Positions 23,880-38,056 of a stretch of DNA of 64,000 nucleotides are shown piece by piece (position 1 is the first letter of the stretch; every line of letters begins with the position of its first letter). The position numbers were made by a program, and so were the translations under genes. The notes below the pieces were generated by a model, which searched no databases, was not told the DNA's origin, and was given only the letters and a program-made list of their open reading frames with translations. This DNA is from Camelus dromedarius (taxonomy: Eukaryota), in the NCBI RefSeq assembly GCF_036321535.1, contig NC_087437.1:2914001-2978000 (forward strand), in the 5' to 3' direction.

Positions 23880-25820
23880 AAAAAGCTAGGCTATGCCTTC
23901 TAACCTAAACTGCTAAATAGAAGATTTAAACAACAACAAGAGTTTTATAACTTTACTGAAAAGCCCAGAATCCAGTCCAAAATTAGCAGTCATACCAAGA
24001 TGCAAGAAAATAGCAACTTGAATCAGAGAAAACAAGCAATAGGAGCAAACACTGAGTTGAGATAGATGTTAGAATTACCGGATAAGAATTTAAAGCCGTT
24101 ATCAAAAAATGATCCAAAAATTACAATCACAAGTGTTCTTGAAACAAACAGAAAAATAGAAAGTCTGAGAAAAGAAATAGAAGATATAAAGAAGAAGCAA
24201 ACTGAAATTTATAAATAAAAGATATAATAACTGAAATTTTAAAAAACACGGGATAGGCTCACAAACAGAAATGTAATAGTCAGGAAAGAATCAGTGAACT
24301 TAAAGAAACATCGACAGAAATGATGAAATGTGAACATCAGATAGAAATTGAAGTAGAAAAGTAATTCAAGGACCTTTGGGACAATAACAAAAGATGATTC
24401 ATTTTTGACATACGTGTTCTAAAGGAAAAGCTGAAAGAATGCAAGGCTGAAAAAATATTTAAAGAAATAATGGCTCATAGAAAGAGAAAGAAAAATACAA
24501 TATGATGTCACTCATATGTGGAATCTAAAAAAAAAACAAAACCGAAAGACAAATGAACTTAAATATAAAACAGAAGCAGACTCAGGCATAGAATACAAAC
24601 TTGTGGTTGCCAGGGGCATTGGGGTGGGTAGGGACATACTGGGAGTTCAAGATTTGTAGATGCTGACAGGTATATATAGAATAGATAAACAAGTTTATAC
24701 TGTATAGCACAGGGAAACATATACAAGATCTTGTGGTAGCTCGTGGTGAAAAAGAATATGAAAATGAATATACGTATATTTACGTATGACTGAAAACTGT
24801 GCTGTACACTAGAAATTGACACAACATTGTAAACTGACTATAACTCAGTAAAAAAAATTATATAAAAAAAGAAATAATGGCTCAAATCTTAAAAATTTAG
24901 CAAGAGATGCAAACCCAGAAGTTTAAGAAGGTAAGCCAACCCCCTAAAAAAAGAACTTAAAGAAATCCTTGCCCAGACGCATCATAGTCAAATTCCTCAA
25001 AATTAAAGATAAAAAAACCCCCCAAAACCTTAAAAGCAGCCAGAGAGAAATGACACAACAGTTATAAGGCATCAGTGAGTTTACTGACGATGGATTCCTC
25101 TTCAGAAATTACAGAGTTCAGCCAAAAGTGAATCAGCATTCTTCAAGAACAGAAAGAAAAGAACTGCCAACCGAGAGTTCTTTATCCAGCGTAAGTATTC
25201 TCCAGGAAGGAAGGTAAAGAAAGGCATTCTGAGATGGTGGAAACTGAGAGAGTCTCTCTGCAGCAGAACGACTGTGAAAGAAGTGGTAACGGAGGTTTTT
25301 CAGACAGTAAGTGATAACGGAAGGGAACGCGGGAAGTGAGGATGCAGTAAGAGCCCAGGGAGGGGCGGGGCGAATACAGCGGGCTGTTTTTCTCTGCTGG
25401 ACGTACAAAAATTGTGTCTGATGGCCAAAGATAAAATGAAAACACCTTCTGACGCAGTTTTTGATGTAGATAGAGATAATGTTTACAACAACTGGGTCAT
25501 GAACAAGGGAGGATAAAGGGACATAAATGGTGGTAAGGTTTCTAGATTCCACTGGAAGGGACACAGTGTTGACACCAGTAGGCTGATAAGAACAGATACT
25601 GTAATCCCCACAGCAACCAGCAAATTAAATCCACCACGCACATCACAGAAACTCAAACTCACTAAAATACGTGAGACTGGAATATTAAAAAATGTTCAAG
25701 GAGCCCACAGGAAGGCAGGAAAGGGGAGACAGAGAAGTGGAAAACAGAGGTAACAAACAGAAAACAACTAAATGCCAGATGAATCCTAATATAACAATAA
25801 TTACATTAAGTGTAATTATA
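23880..25820 (+). mobile_element. Old L1 5'/ORF1 region, degenerate
   Basis: ORF1-like motifs 'aagaatcagtgaacttaaaga', 'gacctttgggacaataacaaaag', 'cttaaaagcagccagagagaaa'. Confidence 0.75.
24478..24867 (+). mobile_element. Young 5'-truncated L1 inserted into the old L1 ORF1
   Basis: 17-bp TSD AAAGAAATAATGGCTCA at 24461-24477 and 24868-24884. Confidence 0.92.
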
Positions 25821-26264
25821 GTTTATGAGCCAAATATAGCCTCCAATACTTTTTGAATGGCTTAGGAGTAAAGAATGCTTTAAAATATATTTTATGCAGG
25901 AAAGAAAAAAAACAAATATATTATTCTGTATCCAACAAAAATAGGCCTCATAAAAGCATAGGTAAACTAAAAATCAGAAATAAGGTCATTTTCAGACAAA
26001 TAAAGAGAGCATTTGTCGTCAGCTGACTGAAACTACAAACATTACTCAAGGGAATTCTTTCAGATGAAGGAAAATGGTTGCAAAATGAATCACAGAACTA
26101 CAGGAAGAACTGGTGACTGAACTGGAAATATGAGGGTCAGTCATCCCTTGTGTTTGTTTGCATCTTTGCCACATTCATTTTTATTCCTAAAAATGATAGT
26201 CAAACACAAGTTTGGATTTTATATAATTAAAATTATATTGCATGAAAATATATGTATATATACA

Positions 26265-29160
26265 AACTCTTTTTCTTTTGAGATAATTGTAGATTCACAT
26301 GCAGTCATAAGGAATAGTACAGCCAGATCCCACTCTATACCTACATTCTCCCAACGGTGATCATGCAGAGATATAGTATATTACAAGCAGGATATGGGCA
26401 TCAGTATAATTTGCTGGTTTTAGTTAGATTGCACAAATTTTGCTTACACTCATGCATATGTGTGTGTGTGTTGTGGTGGGGGATATTAGTTCTATGAAGT
26501 TTTATCATGTGTAGATTTGTTACCACCACCACAATCAAGTGATGGTTCCATCAATGCTACCCTTTTATAACCCTAACCATCTTCATTCTTTCCCCCCCAG
26601 CCCTGATCTGTTCCCTGTGTCTATAATTTTGTCACTTCAAGTATGTTGTATACAATGGTTTACAAACATTTTCTGCAGCCCATATACTTTCCACAAGGTG
26701 GAAGTTTTTAATTTTGATGGGCACAGTTAATCAAATTTTCCTCTTGTAGATCATGCTTGTGATGCCGTGTCTAAGACTCTAAGCCCTTCGTCTTGAATAC
26801 TTTCTCTTATTTCTGAAAATGTTTCATAGTTTTACATGTTGCATTTAAATCCATGATCTATTTGAATTAATTTTTTGTGTAAGGTGAGGTTTACGCCAAG
26901 GTTCATTTTTGGCTACGCGTGTCAAATTGCTCAGGACCATTTGTTTAAAAGCGAATCTTCCTCCATTGAATTGCTTCCCACCCACCCCACCCCCTCAGTG
27001 TTACTGAGATATAATTGACGTATAACATTGTATTAGTTTAATGTGTACAACATAATGATTTGATATACGTAGATATTGTGAAATGATCACCACCATAAGT
27101 TAAGTTGATAGCCATCACCTAAAAATAGTTATAATTTTTTGTGTGTGATGAGAACTTTTAAGATTACCCTGATCACAATTTTCAAATATATCATGTAGTG
27201 TTATTAACCATGTGGTACATTACATCCTCACAACTTATTTATCTTGTATCTGGAAGTTTGTAATTTTTGAACAGTTTCCCTCTTTTCCCCATCCCCACCC
27301 CCATCTCTGGAAACCACCAATTTGTTCTCTGTTTCTATGAGTTCAGTTTTTCAGATTTCACATGTAAGTGAGGATGTACAGTATTTTTCTTTCTCTGTCT
27401 GACTTATTCCACTTAGCTTGATGTTTCACTCATGTTGTGGTAAATGGCAGGATTTCCTTCTTTTCTACTTTTAAGTTTTTAAGGAAACTCTGTACTGTTT
27501 TCCACCGTGGCTGCACCAATTTGCATTTCTACCAGTGCATGAATGTTCCCTCTTCTCCTCATCCTTGACAATACTTACTGACTCTCATCTTTTTAAAATT
27601 TATGTATTTATTTGACAGATGTATACACCCATGAAGCCACTACCACGATCAAGATAGCTAACATTTCCATCACTCCCCAAGGGGTGAAAATTTCAAATTC
27701 CCAGTTTATCCTTTCCCACCTCCTTTCCTATCTTTTTGATGACAACCATTCTAACAGGTGTGAGGTGATTTCTTACTGTGGTTTTTATTTCATTACCCTG
27801 ATTAGTGATACTGAGTACCTTTTCATGTACCTGATGGCCATTTGTATGTCTTCTTTGGAAAAATATTTATTCAATTCCTCTGCCCATTTAAAAATTGGAT
27901 TGTATGGGTTTTTGCTATTGAGTTGTGAGTTCCTTATATATTTTTGAGAGTAATTCCTTCTCCAAGGTATGATTTGCAAATACTTTCCCCCATTACATGG
28001 GTGGCCTTCTCATTTTGTTGCTTTATAGTTTGAGGTAATCCCACTTGTTTATTTTTGCTTTTGTGGCCTTTGCTTTTGGTGTCAAATCTGAAATGTCATT
28101 GCGGAGACTGATGTCAAGTTGATTACGCTGTATTTCTTCTTCTAGGAGTTTTATGGTTTCAGGTTTTACATTTAGGTCTTTAATCCATTTTCGTGTAGAG
28201 TGGAAGATAGGGTCCAGTTTCATTCTTTTACATGTGTCTGTCCAGTTTTCCCAACATCATTTATTGAAGAGACTATCCTTTCCCTACTGCATGCCTATTC
28301 TTTGCTCCTGTGTGGTAAATTAATTGACCAGATATAATAGGTTTACTTCTGGGCTCTCTGTTGTGTTCCATTGACCTATGTGTCTTTTATGCCGATGCCA
28401 TAGTGTTTTGATTACTACACTTTTGTAATATAGTTTGAAATCAGGTAGTGTGATGCCTACAGCTTTGGCTATTCAGGGTCTTTGTGGTTCCATATACTTT
28501 TTAAGATTGTTCCATTTTGTTGAAAGTTGTCATTGAATTTTCATAGGGATTGCACAGAATCTGTATATTGCTTTGGGTAGTGTGGACATTTTGACAATAT
28601 TAATTCTTCCAGTTCATGAGCATAGAATATCTTTCCATTTAATTGTGTGTTCTTCAGTTTTTTCATCAATGTCTTACAATATTCAATGTACAGGTCTTTC
28701 ACCTCCTTGGTTAAATTTATTCCTAGGTGTTTTATTCTTTTTGATGTAATCGTAAATGGGATTTTTTTCTTAATTTCTCTTTCTGAGAATTCTCTACATA
28801 TTTGGAATACAATTCCTACATCAGAAATATAAGTTGCTAATATTTTTTTCCCAAGTGTGTGGCTTATCTTTTCAGTCTCTTAACAGGGTCAAAGTATAGA
28901 GTAGAAACTGTAAGTTTTGATGAAGCCCAATTTATCAGTTTTTTTCTCTTATCAGTTGTGCTTTTGGTGTTGTATTTAAGAAGTCTTTGCCTAACTCAAT
29001 GTCACAAAATGTTTTCTTTTATATTTTTCTAAAAGTTTTATAAGGCTAGCTTTTTGCCTTTAGATGTTATCCATTTTGTGGTAATTTTTTATGATGTGTG
29101 AGATATGGGTCAAGGTTCTTTTTTTTTTTGCATAAATGTCCAATTGTTTGAATATCATGT
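26265..29160 (-). mobile_element. Stack of nested antisense L1 fragments of several ages (ORF2 C-terminal half + 3'UTRs)
   Basis: ORFs 27785-27979 '[22 protein letters not shown]' and 28023-28223 'KWIKDLNVKPETIKLLEE...TPKAKATKAKINKWDYLKL' are L1 ORF2. Confidence 0.9.
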
Positions 29161-29409
29161 ATTGTCCAGTTCACTAATATCTCTTCAGTTATATTAAGCA
29201 GTTTTTTCTTTATTAGCACCTCCATTGAGTTTTCATTTTCATTTATTATATTTTTCATTCCTAAAACTTCCATTTGCTTATTTTAAATTCCACAAGTTCT
29301 TTTTTGATATGCTCTTTTTAAAAACTCAGTTTTAGTTTTATCTTTTTTGAAACAGTTCATTCATATCTTATATTCTATATCTGATAATGCAGTATATATA
29401 TATTCTAAA

Positions 29410-29524
29410 ATTATTTATTTATTTAATTGGAGGGTAATTAGGTTTATTTCTTTTTTGACAGAGACACCTAGGACCTTGTGCATGCTAAGCACGTGCTCTA
29501 CCTCTGAGCCATACCCTCCCTCCC
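29410..29524 (-). mobile_element. vic-1-like SINE (internally deleted)
   Basis: 'ggtaattaggtttattt...aggaccttgtgcatgctaagcacgtgctctacc'. Confidence 0.85.
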
Positions 29525-31221
29525 TGCAGTATATTTTTATGTTACTTTTATTCATGGTGATTCGCTCCCCTGTGTATTGGTAATTGAGTGTTGTGAGACC
29601 ACATTTAATCAGTCTTGCTCTGTGAGATTACTGGAGGCCTACATCAGAGCTGCTGTCCCCTGAGGGGGTTAGCGTGTGTTTCTCCTGGGAGCCAGTTGGG
29701 CTACTGATCTGGGACCACTTTAACTTCTGCCAGAGGAATTTAAGCCTAATACAGAGGATTGAGGTGGGTCCCGCCTTGCCCTGGTCCAGCGCCCCTTTTC
29801 TCGTGCTGGTTTAGCATTTGTTTCCCAGGAAGCCCCGGGTTTTGCCCTCCCTCATTGTTCATCATTCTTGGTTACAGTTTACTGCCTTTCCCCGCTCCCT
29901 TCACCTCTGACGACCTAGTTCTTACTTTCTTGTGAGCTCAGCAATGCTTTGAAAAGATTGATTTTGTAATTCATTCAGGACCTCGTTATACTTTAATGAA
30001 TGTACCTTTCAAGATATTTATTATCCATACTCCAGGAGGCAGTGATCTATTTCATTCCTTTTTTTTTTTTTTTTTAAATACTGTGCCTGGAAATGGTGAC
30101 TAAATATTTTTGTTATGGTTAAGACAAGAGACTCACTATTTCAGGTTCACAATCCAAGTAGATTCTAGAGCAGACTCTTCCCCCTGCTTTTCAAAGCCAT
30201 CCTGTTTTGACAAGCTAAGTGTAGACATGTCATCAATCATTCATCTTCAGAAAGCCTGTAAGAGAAACATCCTAGAAAACAAGCCAATTCAGAGCATCAC
30301 TGGTTCTCTAGGCTCCCTTGGGTTGCAGAACATTAAGTTCTTTTTACTCATTCATCTTGGGAAAGAGAAAAACATGCTGTAAGGCAACCAGCTTCACTGG
30401 CACGTGCTTCCGTATTTAGACCCAGGGATGACTTCTGTGGCCATAGCTTCTCTAAGAGGTGAGTGTGGGTATCAGCTGGAAGAATGGATGGGGTGTTTCA
30501 GATGCCTCTCGGGCTTTAGTCTCATCCTTCTTTTACCAAAGCAGTTCTGCCCATCTTAAATAAGCCACAGGAGGCTGTTGAGAACTGGATTCAAGCTAGG
30601 ACTCAATGCAAAATTTTGAGGAAATTGCGGTAAGGACACACAGCTATATTTCCTTCTAAGAGACTGCTTGTCTAATAAGCATTTTTTTTTTCTTCTCAGT
30701 TTATTTGCTCTTTTCCGATATCCATTTTGTTTAACACAGAGCTGCTGCTTCTTCCTCTCTCTTTCTATCTCTGAAACCAAGTTGCTGCTTCAGAGAGAAG
30801 AAATAAGTCAATTAAATGCTCACTGCAAGACATGCTCTGGTTTTTTCCCGAAACTGACACCATGGAGAGACAGAGGGTCCTGTGTTTTCAATCGAGATAA
30901 CAATTTCTAAAATTTACTGCAAGGGTACACTGTGCCAGATAAAATAGAGACTTGCCAGATAAAATACAGATTGCCTCTATTTTTGCTTGCTAAATCTAGC
31001 TACCCGAGTCAGAATCCATTTTAAAGACTTTATATGGTTTATCTTGAATATTTATCACAGTTCTGTGAAGTAGGACAAAAAAAGGCCAGGCTGGGCTTGA
31101 ATGCATCTGTGCCTCCTTCCTGAGTTTGGACTTCTCATTCCTTGTTCCACACTTGACTATGGAAGCCTGCCTGATAAAGGCCGATGAGTGCACACGGCGG
31201 GGTTGATACCTGTGTTGTGTT

Positions 31222-31666
31222 TGTTGCCAACTGCAAGTTCACGTGCCTGATGCATCTGAGGCCGAACAAACAGAAGCGTCAGAGTTTGGAGCAGAGAAAG
31301 GTTTATTGCAGGGCCGAGCAAGTGGGACCGGGTGGCTCATGCCTAAGAAAACCCTGAACTCCCCGAAGGGGTTCAGCAAAGCATATTTAAAGGTCAGGTG
31401 AGGGAGGGGCATCCCAGAGTCTGTGATCAGCTGTGCTCTGATTGGTCAATGGTATTCAATCCTTAAGAGCCAGAAGTTCTGGGGACTCTGTGATCTGGAT
31501 CATCAAGTAGTTAATTTCTTCCCTTTGGTGGTGGTTTTCAGCATTTGAAAAACTCAGGAAATATACATGAGACACTATTGTCTGGGTCTTTCAGAGAGGA
31601 GCTGCAGCAGAGGACGTTGGGGAGGGTCTGTCCTGGGAAGGCCCCAGACAGTCCTGCTGGGTGACA
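31222..31666 (-). mobile_element. ERV1-class solo LTR
   Basis: TG...CA ends, TSD tgtt/agtt, 'gagtttggagcagagaaaggtttattgcaggg', 'ctctgattggtc'. Confidence 0.8.
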
Positions 31667-32404
31667 AGTTGATCTCTTCTAGGAAGGAGGTGACTTATCT
31701 CACTGAGAGCTAAGTCTGTATCCAGAAGTCAAAGGGGCCTTGGTGAGTGAATTGTCCAAAAGTTTCACCATCCGGAAGAGAGATGAGAGTGAGAAAAATC
31801 TTGCATTCTTTGACCTTTCAGTTTTTATTCTCCATGGTTTGAGACCTAGAGTGTTCTGAAATATGATTTGCATAGGTGGCATACTAGGAGCTAAAAACAA
31901 AAACAAAAGCTCTTCCTGCACCCCAGCCCCACCCAGCAAACGCCTCAACAGCTATTTACATAATGATCTCCAGTTGCCCTTTCAGCAAACATTCTTTGAT
32001 TTAGACAAGTGGGTATTTTTTTCTGTTTTAAAGGACAAAAAAGAATGAATGTCTATTTCTCTCTAGCTTTAAAAACAGCAAAAATTTCCAAATGAGATTA
32101 TAGATACAGGTCATATAATAGTTGAAAGACAAACCATAGTTCACTTCTGTGAACTGTAAGTATTATTCACTTCCCAGAGGGAATATCCAGTCCAGAGGTC
32201 TGAAGCGGCCTCTTACTGGCCTCTCCATGGATGCGGCATGATGCTAACAGTGACCATACAGATGAAGTGAAGTCACATGGTCCCAGTGGGGAGGATGTTA
32301 ATGTCGCTTCGAGCAGTGTTTCCAGCCTTTGGCCATTCATACATCACCTCCCAAATTTTTCCAACTTCAATATCCTCCTGTTATTTACGTATTACTTCTC
32401 TTCA

Positions 32405-32543
32405 TTTTTTTTTTTTTGAAAAAACTTTTGAGAGGGAGGTAATTAGGTTTATTTATTTATTTTTAGAGGAGATACTGGGCATTGAACCCAGGACCTTGTG
32501 CATGTTAAGCATGTGCTTTACCACTGAGCTATACCCTCCCTCC
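32405..32543 (-). mobile_element. vic-1-like SINE
   Basis: Full antisense head and tail. Confidence 0.9.
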
Positions 32544-32786
32544 TTGTATTATTTTTCTTTAAATCAACTCATTTTTTAACTTAAAAATAAAATTAGCCTT
32601 ATTCTAAGCAATAGTATCCATGAAATTGGGAGTTTGATAAGATAATTATGTATTTGTTTCTACTAAACATTAAATCACACATATAACATAAAATTAAAAA
32701 TATTTCTTTGTGAGCAACCTAAAATCACTCGGTATATTATGTTCCATGGTGGTGTGTATACAATACTTTGGGAAACACTGGCTTGC

Positions 32787-32985
32787 AGCAGGTGTCAGCA
32801 AACTTTGGCTAGTTGCCTCCTTGTGAAAATAAAGTTTTATTGGCACACAGTTTTGTATTGTCTATGCCTGCTTTCATGATACACCTATGCAGAGTTGAGC
32901 ACTTGCTGCAGAGACCACATGTTTTGAAGAACTGAAAATATTTAGTATATGGCTCTTTACAGAAAAGTTGGCCCATGTTTGGCTT
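32787..32985 (+). mobile_element. MER58A hAT-Charlie MITE
   Basis: 'caggtgtcagcaaact...aataaagttttattggcacacag...ggctctttacagaaaagttgg'. Confidence 0.8.
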
Positions 32986-33818
32986 AGGGGAACACTCCTC
33001 ATGTGGGTTTTGTCCATTCCCGTGGGCCACCCTGATTCTCACTCGTGATCCAAGTCCCCTTCTCCTTGGAAGCATCTTTTGAGAGAGGAGCCTGTTCCAC
33101 CTTCTGTGAGGACCAGGCTAGGGAGAGCTCACTTAAGCATGGGCTGAAACCACAGTGCCTACTGAAGGTCTGATGGGCCTCCATCACGTGTCACTTTGCT
33201 GCGGAAACTAGCTGTTTCTTTATCCCCTGACCAGCTGGACTGAACATTCCCACACTTTTCTCCAGTCTGCAAAATGGCAGTGACATAAAGTGGAATTTCA
33301 AGCTTGAAAACAGACTTTGAATAAGAACTCACCGCTGATGCGACTGTCATCTCCAGCTCTGACAGCGACATTCTGGGCACGTGTGGGCAGCTTCTGTTTG
33401 AGGTAAAGTTGAAAATTGGTAAGCAGGAAAGGAATTGTCATCAGGTAAAGTAGGGATGAAACTGTGAAGTTTTGTGCCCTTACATTACACTGCCATTTTT
33501 GTCTTGGTTGTTCCTTGTGGGAAGGACCAGAAAGTCTTACATAAAAGCAAATGAGAATTGCTAATTTCAAGAACCAAAGGGAAATGGCCAAGTGTATGTG
33601 TATTAGCCATGGCTTGCTCTGAAATATGTTTTTATTACTTTTATTATTAAAGATCATCACTGGATAATAGCATTAAAATATATAACATATGTCTGGTTAA
33701 TGAAATAAGGTGTCATAATTAAGCATTTTTAGTGTACGCCTATTTCGTCAAGGTGTTTGTGAATTGGCTAACCAAATCATGAACAAAGGGTTGAGATCTT
33801 ACACAGAAGACAATGATT

Positions 33819-33974
33819 TAGGGGAATGTGTAGGCGAGTGGTAGAGTGCATGCCTAGCATGCATGAAGCCCTAGGTTCAATCCTCAGTAGCTCCATTAAA
33901 ATAAATAAATAAATAAACCTAATTACCCCCCCCCCAAAACCAAGCAAGTAAAAAAAAAAAATTAAAAAAAAAAA
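33819..33974 (+). mobile_element. vic-1-like SINE
   Basis: Sense head and tail; TSD ACAATGATT at 33810-33818 and 33975-33983. Confidence 0.9.
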
Positions 33975-33979
33975 ACAAT

Positions 33980-33982
<3 letters not shown>

Positions 33983-34028
<46 letters not shown>

Positions 34029-34039
34029 TGTGTGTGTGT
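33983..34039. repeat. (TG)n microsatellite
   Basis: Directly visible. Confidence 0.95.
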
Positions 34040-35504
34040 ATTTGGGCTGGGAAAGAATTGGTAAAGTTTTCATGGAGGACATTTTATTTGGGTCTGGAAG
34101 GATGAGTAGGAGTTTTCTATGCAGAGAAGCTGATGAAAGACATCTCAAGGAGAACCAGTCTGCCTCTTATAGGCATCGGTAGCCAGACCTTATAAGAAGA
34201 TGTATTAGCTGCATCTTCATTGTCCACAGCAAGTTTGACTCTTGAGAAGCCTTGAGGAACAGGTCATTGTCTGGGTCAGCTTCATGAGTCTTTTGTGAAT
34301 AAGCTGTTTGATCTTAGGAAAAAGATTCTTCTTTGTCTTTGGGTAGAGAATATACATCCCCTAATTCTCGATGCTTTGGGCAGGCTCCCCAAAGCACATG
34401 ACTTCTGTGACTTGGTCCATGTTGGAGCAGAGGGGATTCAGGTTTGAGGAGGGAGGTGAAACCTGGTCCCCAGTCCTACTGTTGTTGAAAGACTCCCTTC
34501 CCCGGGGGACCTTGGGGTGACACTCACAAGCCTCTCTAGGGCATCTGCCCCTCACACCATGAATAGCATCTAGCTGATTCCTCCATGGTGTGGACGCACC
34601 CTGCTGATTCTCGGTTGGCCTGGGCAGGGCAGACAGAGCCAGCAGACGCTAATGTTGTCTTTCTGCGTCAGCGAATGCCCCACAGGACCAGGATCCCGCG
34701 TTTCCTCCCACTCAGGCTTTATCCTTCTCTTAGGAAATAAATAGCATTTATCCTGTGGGTGAGAAGCAGGTGTGGCAGCTTGTAGTCCAGGAACTTGGTG
34801 CCCATGAGCAGCGAGACTCATAGAGCCCTTTGAGGTGGAGGCCATGGAGCAGTTTATGGTCCATGAGGCCGGCAGGGGTTTTGTTCACAGCATCTCTGAC
34901 ATGATGCTGCAAACCAGGGAGTAACAGGCATAAGGTCTAAGGCAGAAGTACAGCTTTCACATTCTAGCCAGGGCACATGGAATGGTGATTCGTAGTGACT
35001 TAAGCTTAGCAGAGACATGTGTTGGGATCTCATGAAGAAGCCTTTGGTTGTGTGGCCTGTACATCTGGGGGTGGCATGGGAGAGATATGTTCTAGCTTCT
35101 CCAGAGCCAGTGTCAGCTGGAGGATGGCTGAAATGACTCAGCCAGGAAAGCCTCACGGCGGACTGGGAGTAAGAGGGACGGAGGTTCAGCCCTCGTCCAC
35201 CATTCCTCCTGCTTGTTCCAAGATTCTGCATCGGAACAAGGTCCACAAACTCTTTACATCTTTGTGAACCCCCTTGGACCCACATCGTTCATAGAATCAC
35301 TGGTGAGAGAGATGGAGGGTGTCTTATATTTCACCTGCTTCAGCTCCTTTGTCTTATTTTGAGATGAGCACTGAGGCCCAGAGAGGGCAACTGCACTGGA
35401 TGGTCCAAGAATGGCCCAAATCCTGCTCGCTCCCTCCCTCCCTCCACCCTTCCCTCCTCCTTCCTCCCTCCCTCCCTCCTTCCCTCTTCCCTTCTTTCCT
35501 TCTG

Positions 35505-37870
35505 CAAATATGTATTAAGTACATACTGTGTTCCAGGTCCCCTTCTAGGCAGCTGGAACATGTCAGTGAGCAAAACAGTAAAAGATCCCTGTCCTCACAG
35601 CCCCCACATGCCCCTGAGGAGACAGACATTCTTTGTTACATATGTTCCAAATGTGATCAGAACTATGGAAAAAACCCAGGGCAGGATTACTGGGAGTGGG
35701 AGGAGGAAGGGAAATGCAGTTTTTAAATAGAGTGGTCAGGGCAGGATTTGTTGAGACGGTGACATTTGAGCAAAGGCTGAAAGGCAGTGAGAGTCTGCTG
35801 TGCGGATTCTTGGGGGGAGAGGGGTATTCTAGAGTCTTCCCTAGAATATTCTCTACCTTGAGTATTCCAGGAGGAGACAACAGCAGGTACAAATCCCTGA
35901 GGCAGGGGTATGTCTGATGTGCTCAAGGAGTGGCCCAGGATCCAGAGAGGCTGGGGTGGAGAAGATGGAGAGGGGGGAGGAGGAAATGAGGTCAGACTTG
36001 CTGGCAGGTTTATAATTCTTTTGTAAATGATAATAAAGGACTCTGGCTTTTTATTCTAAATAGGACAGGATATCATTGGAGGATTTTAAAGCAGAGAAGT
36101 AACATGATTTGATTTATATTTATGAAGGATAATCCAGTGTACTGTTTGGGTATAGACTGTAAGAAGGCCAGGGGAGAAGCAGGGAGCCCATGTATTACGT
36201 CTTTGTTCAGACAGAGAGGCTATGAGAGTTCGGGATTTGCAGATACTAACTAGTGTATATAAAATAGACAAACAGCAAGGTCCTACTGTACAGCACAGGG
36301 AACTCTATTCAATACCTTGTAGTAACCTATAATGAAAACGAATATGGAAAGGAATATATGTATGTACACGTATGACTGAAACATGATGCTATATACCAGA
36401 AATTGACACAGCATTGTAAACTGACTCTACTTCAATTAAAAAAAACAGATACACATGACTATATATAAAATAGATAAACAACAGGGACCTAATGTATAGC
36501 ACAGGGAACTATTCAATTTCTTGTAATAACATACAAAGAAAAAGAATCTGAAAAATATATATGTGTATGTATAACTGAATCACTTTGCTGTACACCTGAA
36601 ACTAACATTGTAAATCAACTACACTTCAAAAAAAAAATCAAAAACAAACCCCAGAAAAGAGGGGATGAGATATTCTGGGTACTATTTTTAAGCAGAAGCA
36701 GCAGTGTTTGCTGTTGGATTGAACTGTGGCGAGAGGAAAAGAAAACAGTTCGTCAGCTCCACAGTTTTGACCTGAATGATGAGGAAGAGGCAGATGCCAT
36801 CAGTTGAAATGATCAGGTCTTGGATGGTGCAGGTTTCAGAGGGAACATGAGGAGTTTAGTTCCAGACACGTTGAATCTGAGATGCCTGGTAAGACATCCA
36901 TATGGCGGAGTTAAATGTTGGCTATGGTAGAATTTAGAAGAAAGCTCTGGGATTGAAGATGTAGGCTTGGAAGTAGCCATTGTATGTAAGGCGTTTAAAT
37001 CTATGAAACTAGATGAAATTGTCAGGACTGTGTGTATAAATAGAGAAGTGATGACAGAGGACTCAATCTTCAAGCACCTCAACGTTAAAAGGTCAGAAAA
37101 AGGAGAAACCAGGAAAGGAGAACAAGAAGGTGCAACCAAGGAGGCAGGAGGAGAACCCAGAGAGGGTGGTGTCATCGAATCCATCTGAAGAAGGTGAATT
37201 AAAGGAGGAGGGAGCAAGGAGGGAGGGAACTGTGCTAATGCTGTTGATGGGTCCAGAAAGATGAGGACTGAAAACTGACCATTGGAGTTGGCCGTATAGA
37301 GGACACTGTCATGAGAGCAGTACTGGTGTAGAAGTGGCAGAAAAAGCCAAGTTGGGGTAGATTCATGTAAAAATAGAAGACTCTTAGATAGTGCGTATGA
37401 ACAGCACGCTCAAAGGGTTTTGCAGCAAAGAAGGGAAAGAAAGAATGTGCCAGCTAGGAGGAAAGTGGGAACCAGTGGGAAGGATTTTTTTTAAAGTGGA
37501 AGAAATAACATGTTTGTAAACTAATGAAGATAATTCCATAGAGGGTGAATATTTGATGAGGTAGGAGAGATAATGGAAAGTTGCTAGAAAGACATGCTTT
37601 GGCGCCAGAGGGGATGTGACCTGGTGCAGAGAGGAGGGTGGTTTTTAGACGGAAGTGTGGCTAATTCACCCGTGCACAGGTGAGCAGGTGGGATGTGTGG
37701 TTTTGGGATGGTAGCGGGGTAGAAGTGGTGTCAGAGTTTGCTTGACTTCCACTTTATCATTTCCAATTTCTCTAGGAAGAAGCAAGGGCTTTGGCTGAGA
37801 GTAAGAATGTGGGAGGGGTCTTGGGGGTTTGAGGGGAGAAGTGTGAGAAAGGCCTTTCAAGGAGCAGGAC
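35505..37870 (-). mobile_element. Long L2 fragment, interrupted by L1 3' ends
   Basis: 'caaatatgtattaagtacatactgtgttccagg', 'gtgacatttgagcaaaggctgaagg', 'ttggaggattttaaagcagaga', 'aagatgaggactgaaaactgacc'. Confidence 0.75.
36223..36640 (+). mobile_element. Two tandem L1 3'UTR fragments
   Basis: 'tataaaatagacaaacagcaagg...acttcaattaaaa' then 'tataaaatagataaacaacaggg...acacttcaaaaa'. Confidence 0.88.
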
Positions 37871-38056
37871 AGTGAAAGGGCTAGAAAAGCCCACGCTTCT
37901 CCCTCCTTCCCCCTCCTCCCCCCCAACTCTCCTTCCTTCCTTCTGACCCAGCTTCCTCTTATACGTCAATAACGCACCAAGCGCTGGGTATCTGTAAGTA
38001 GAGGGACATTTTTCTAAGTCAGTTCTGTGGAGAGAGGCAGCCCTCCAAGTCAGTAA

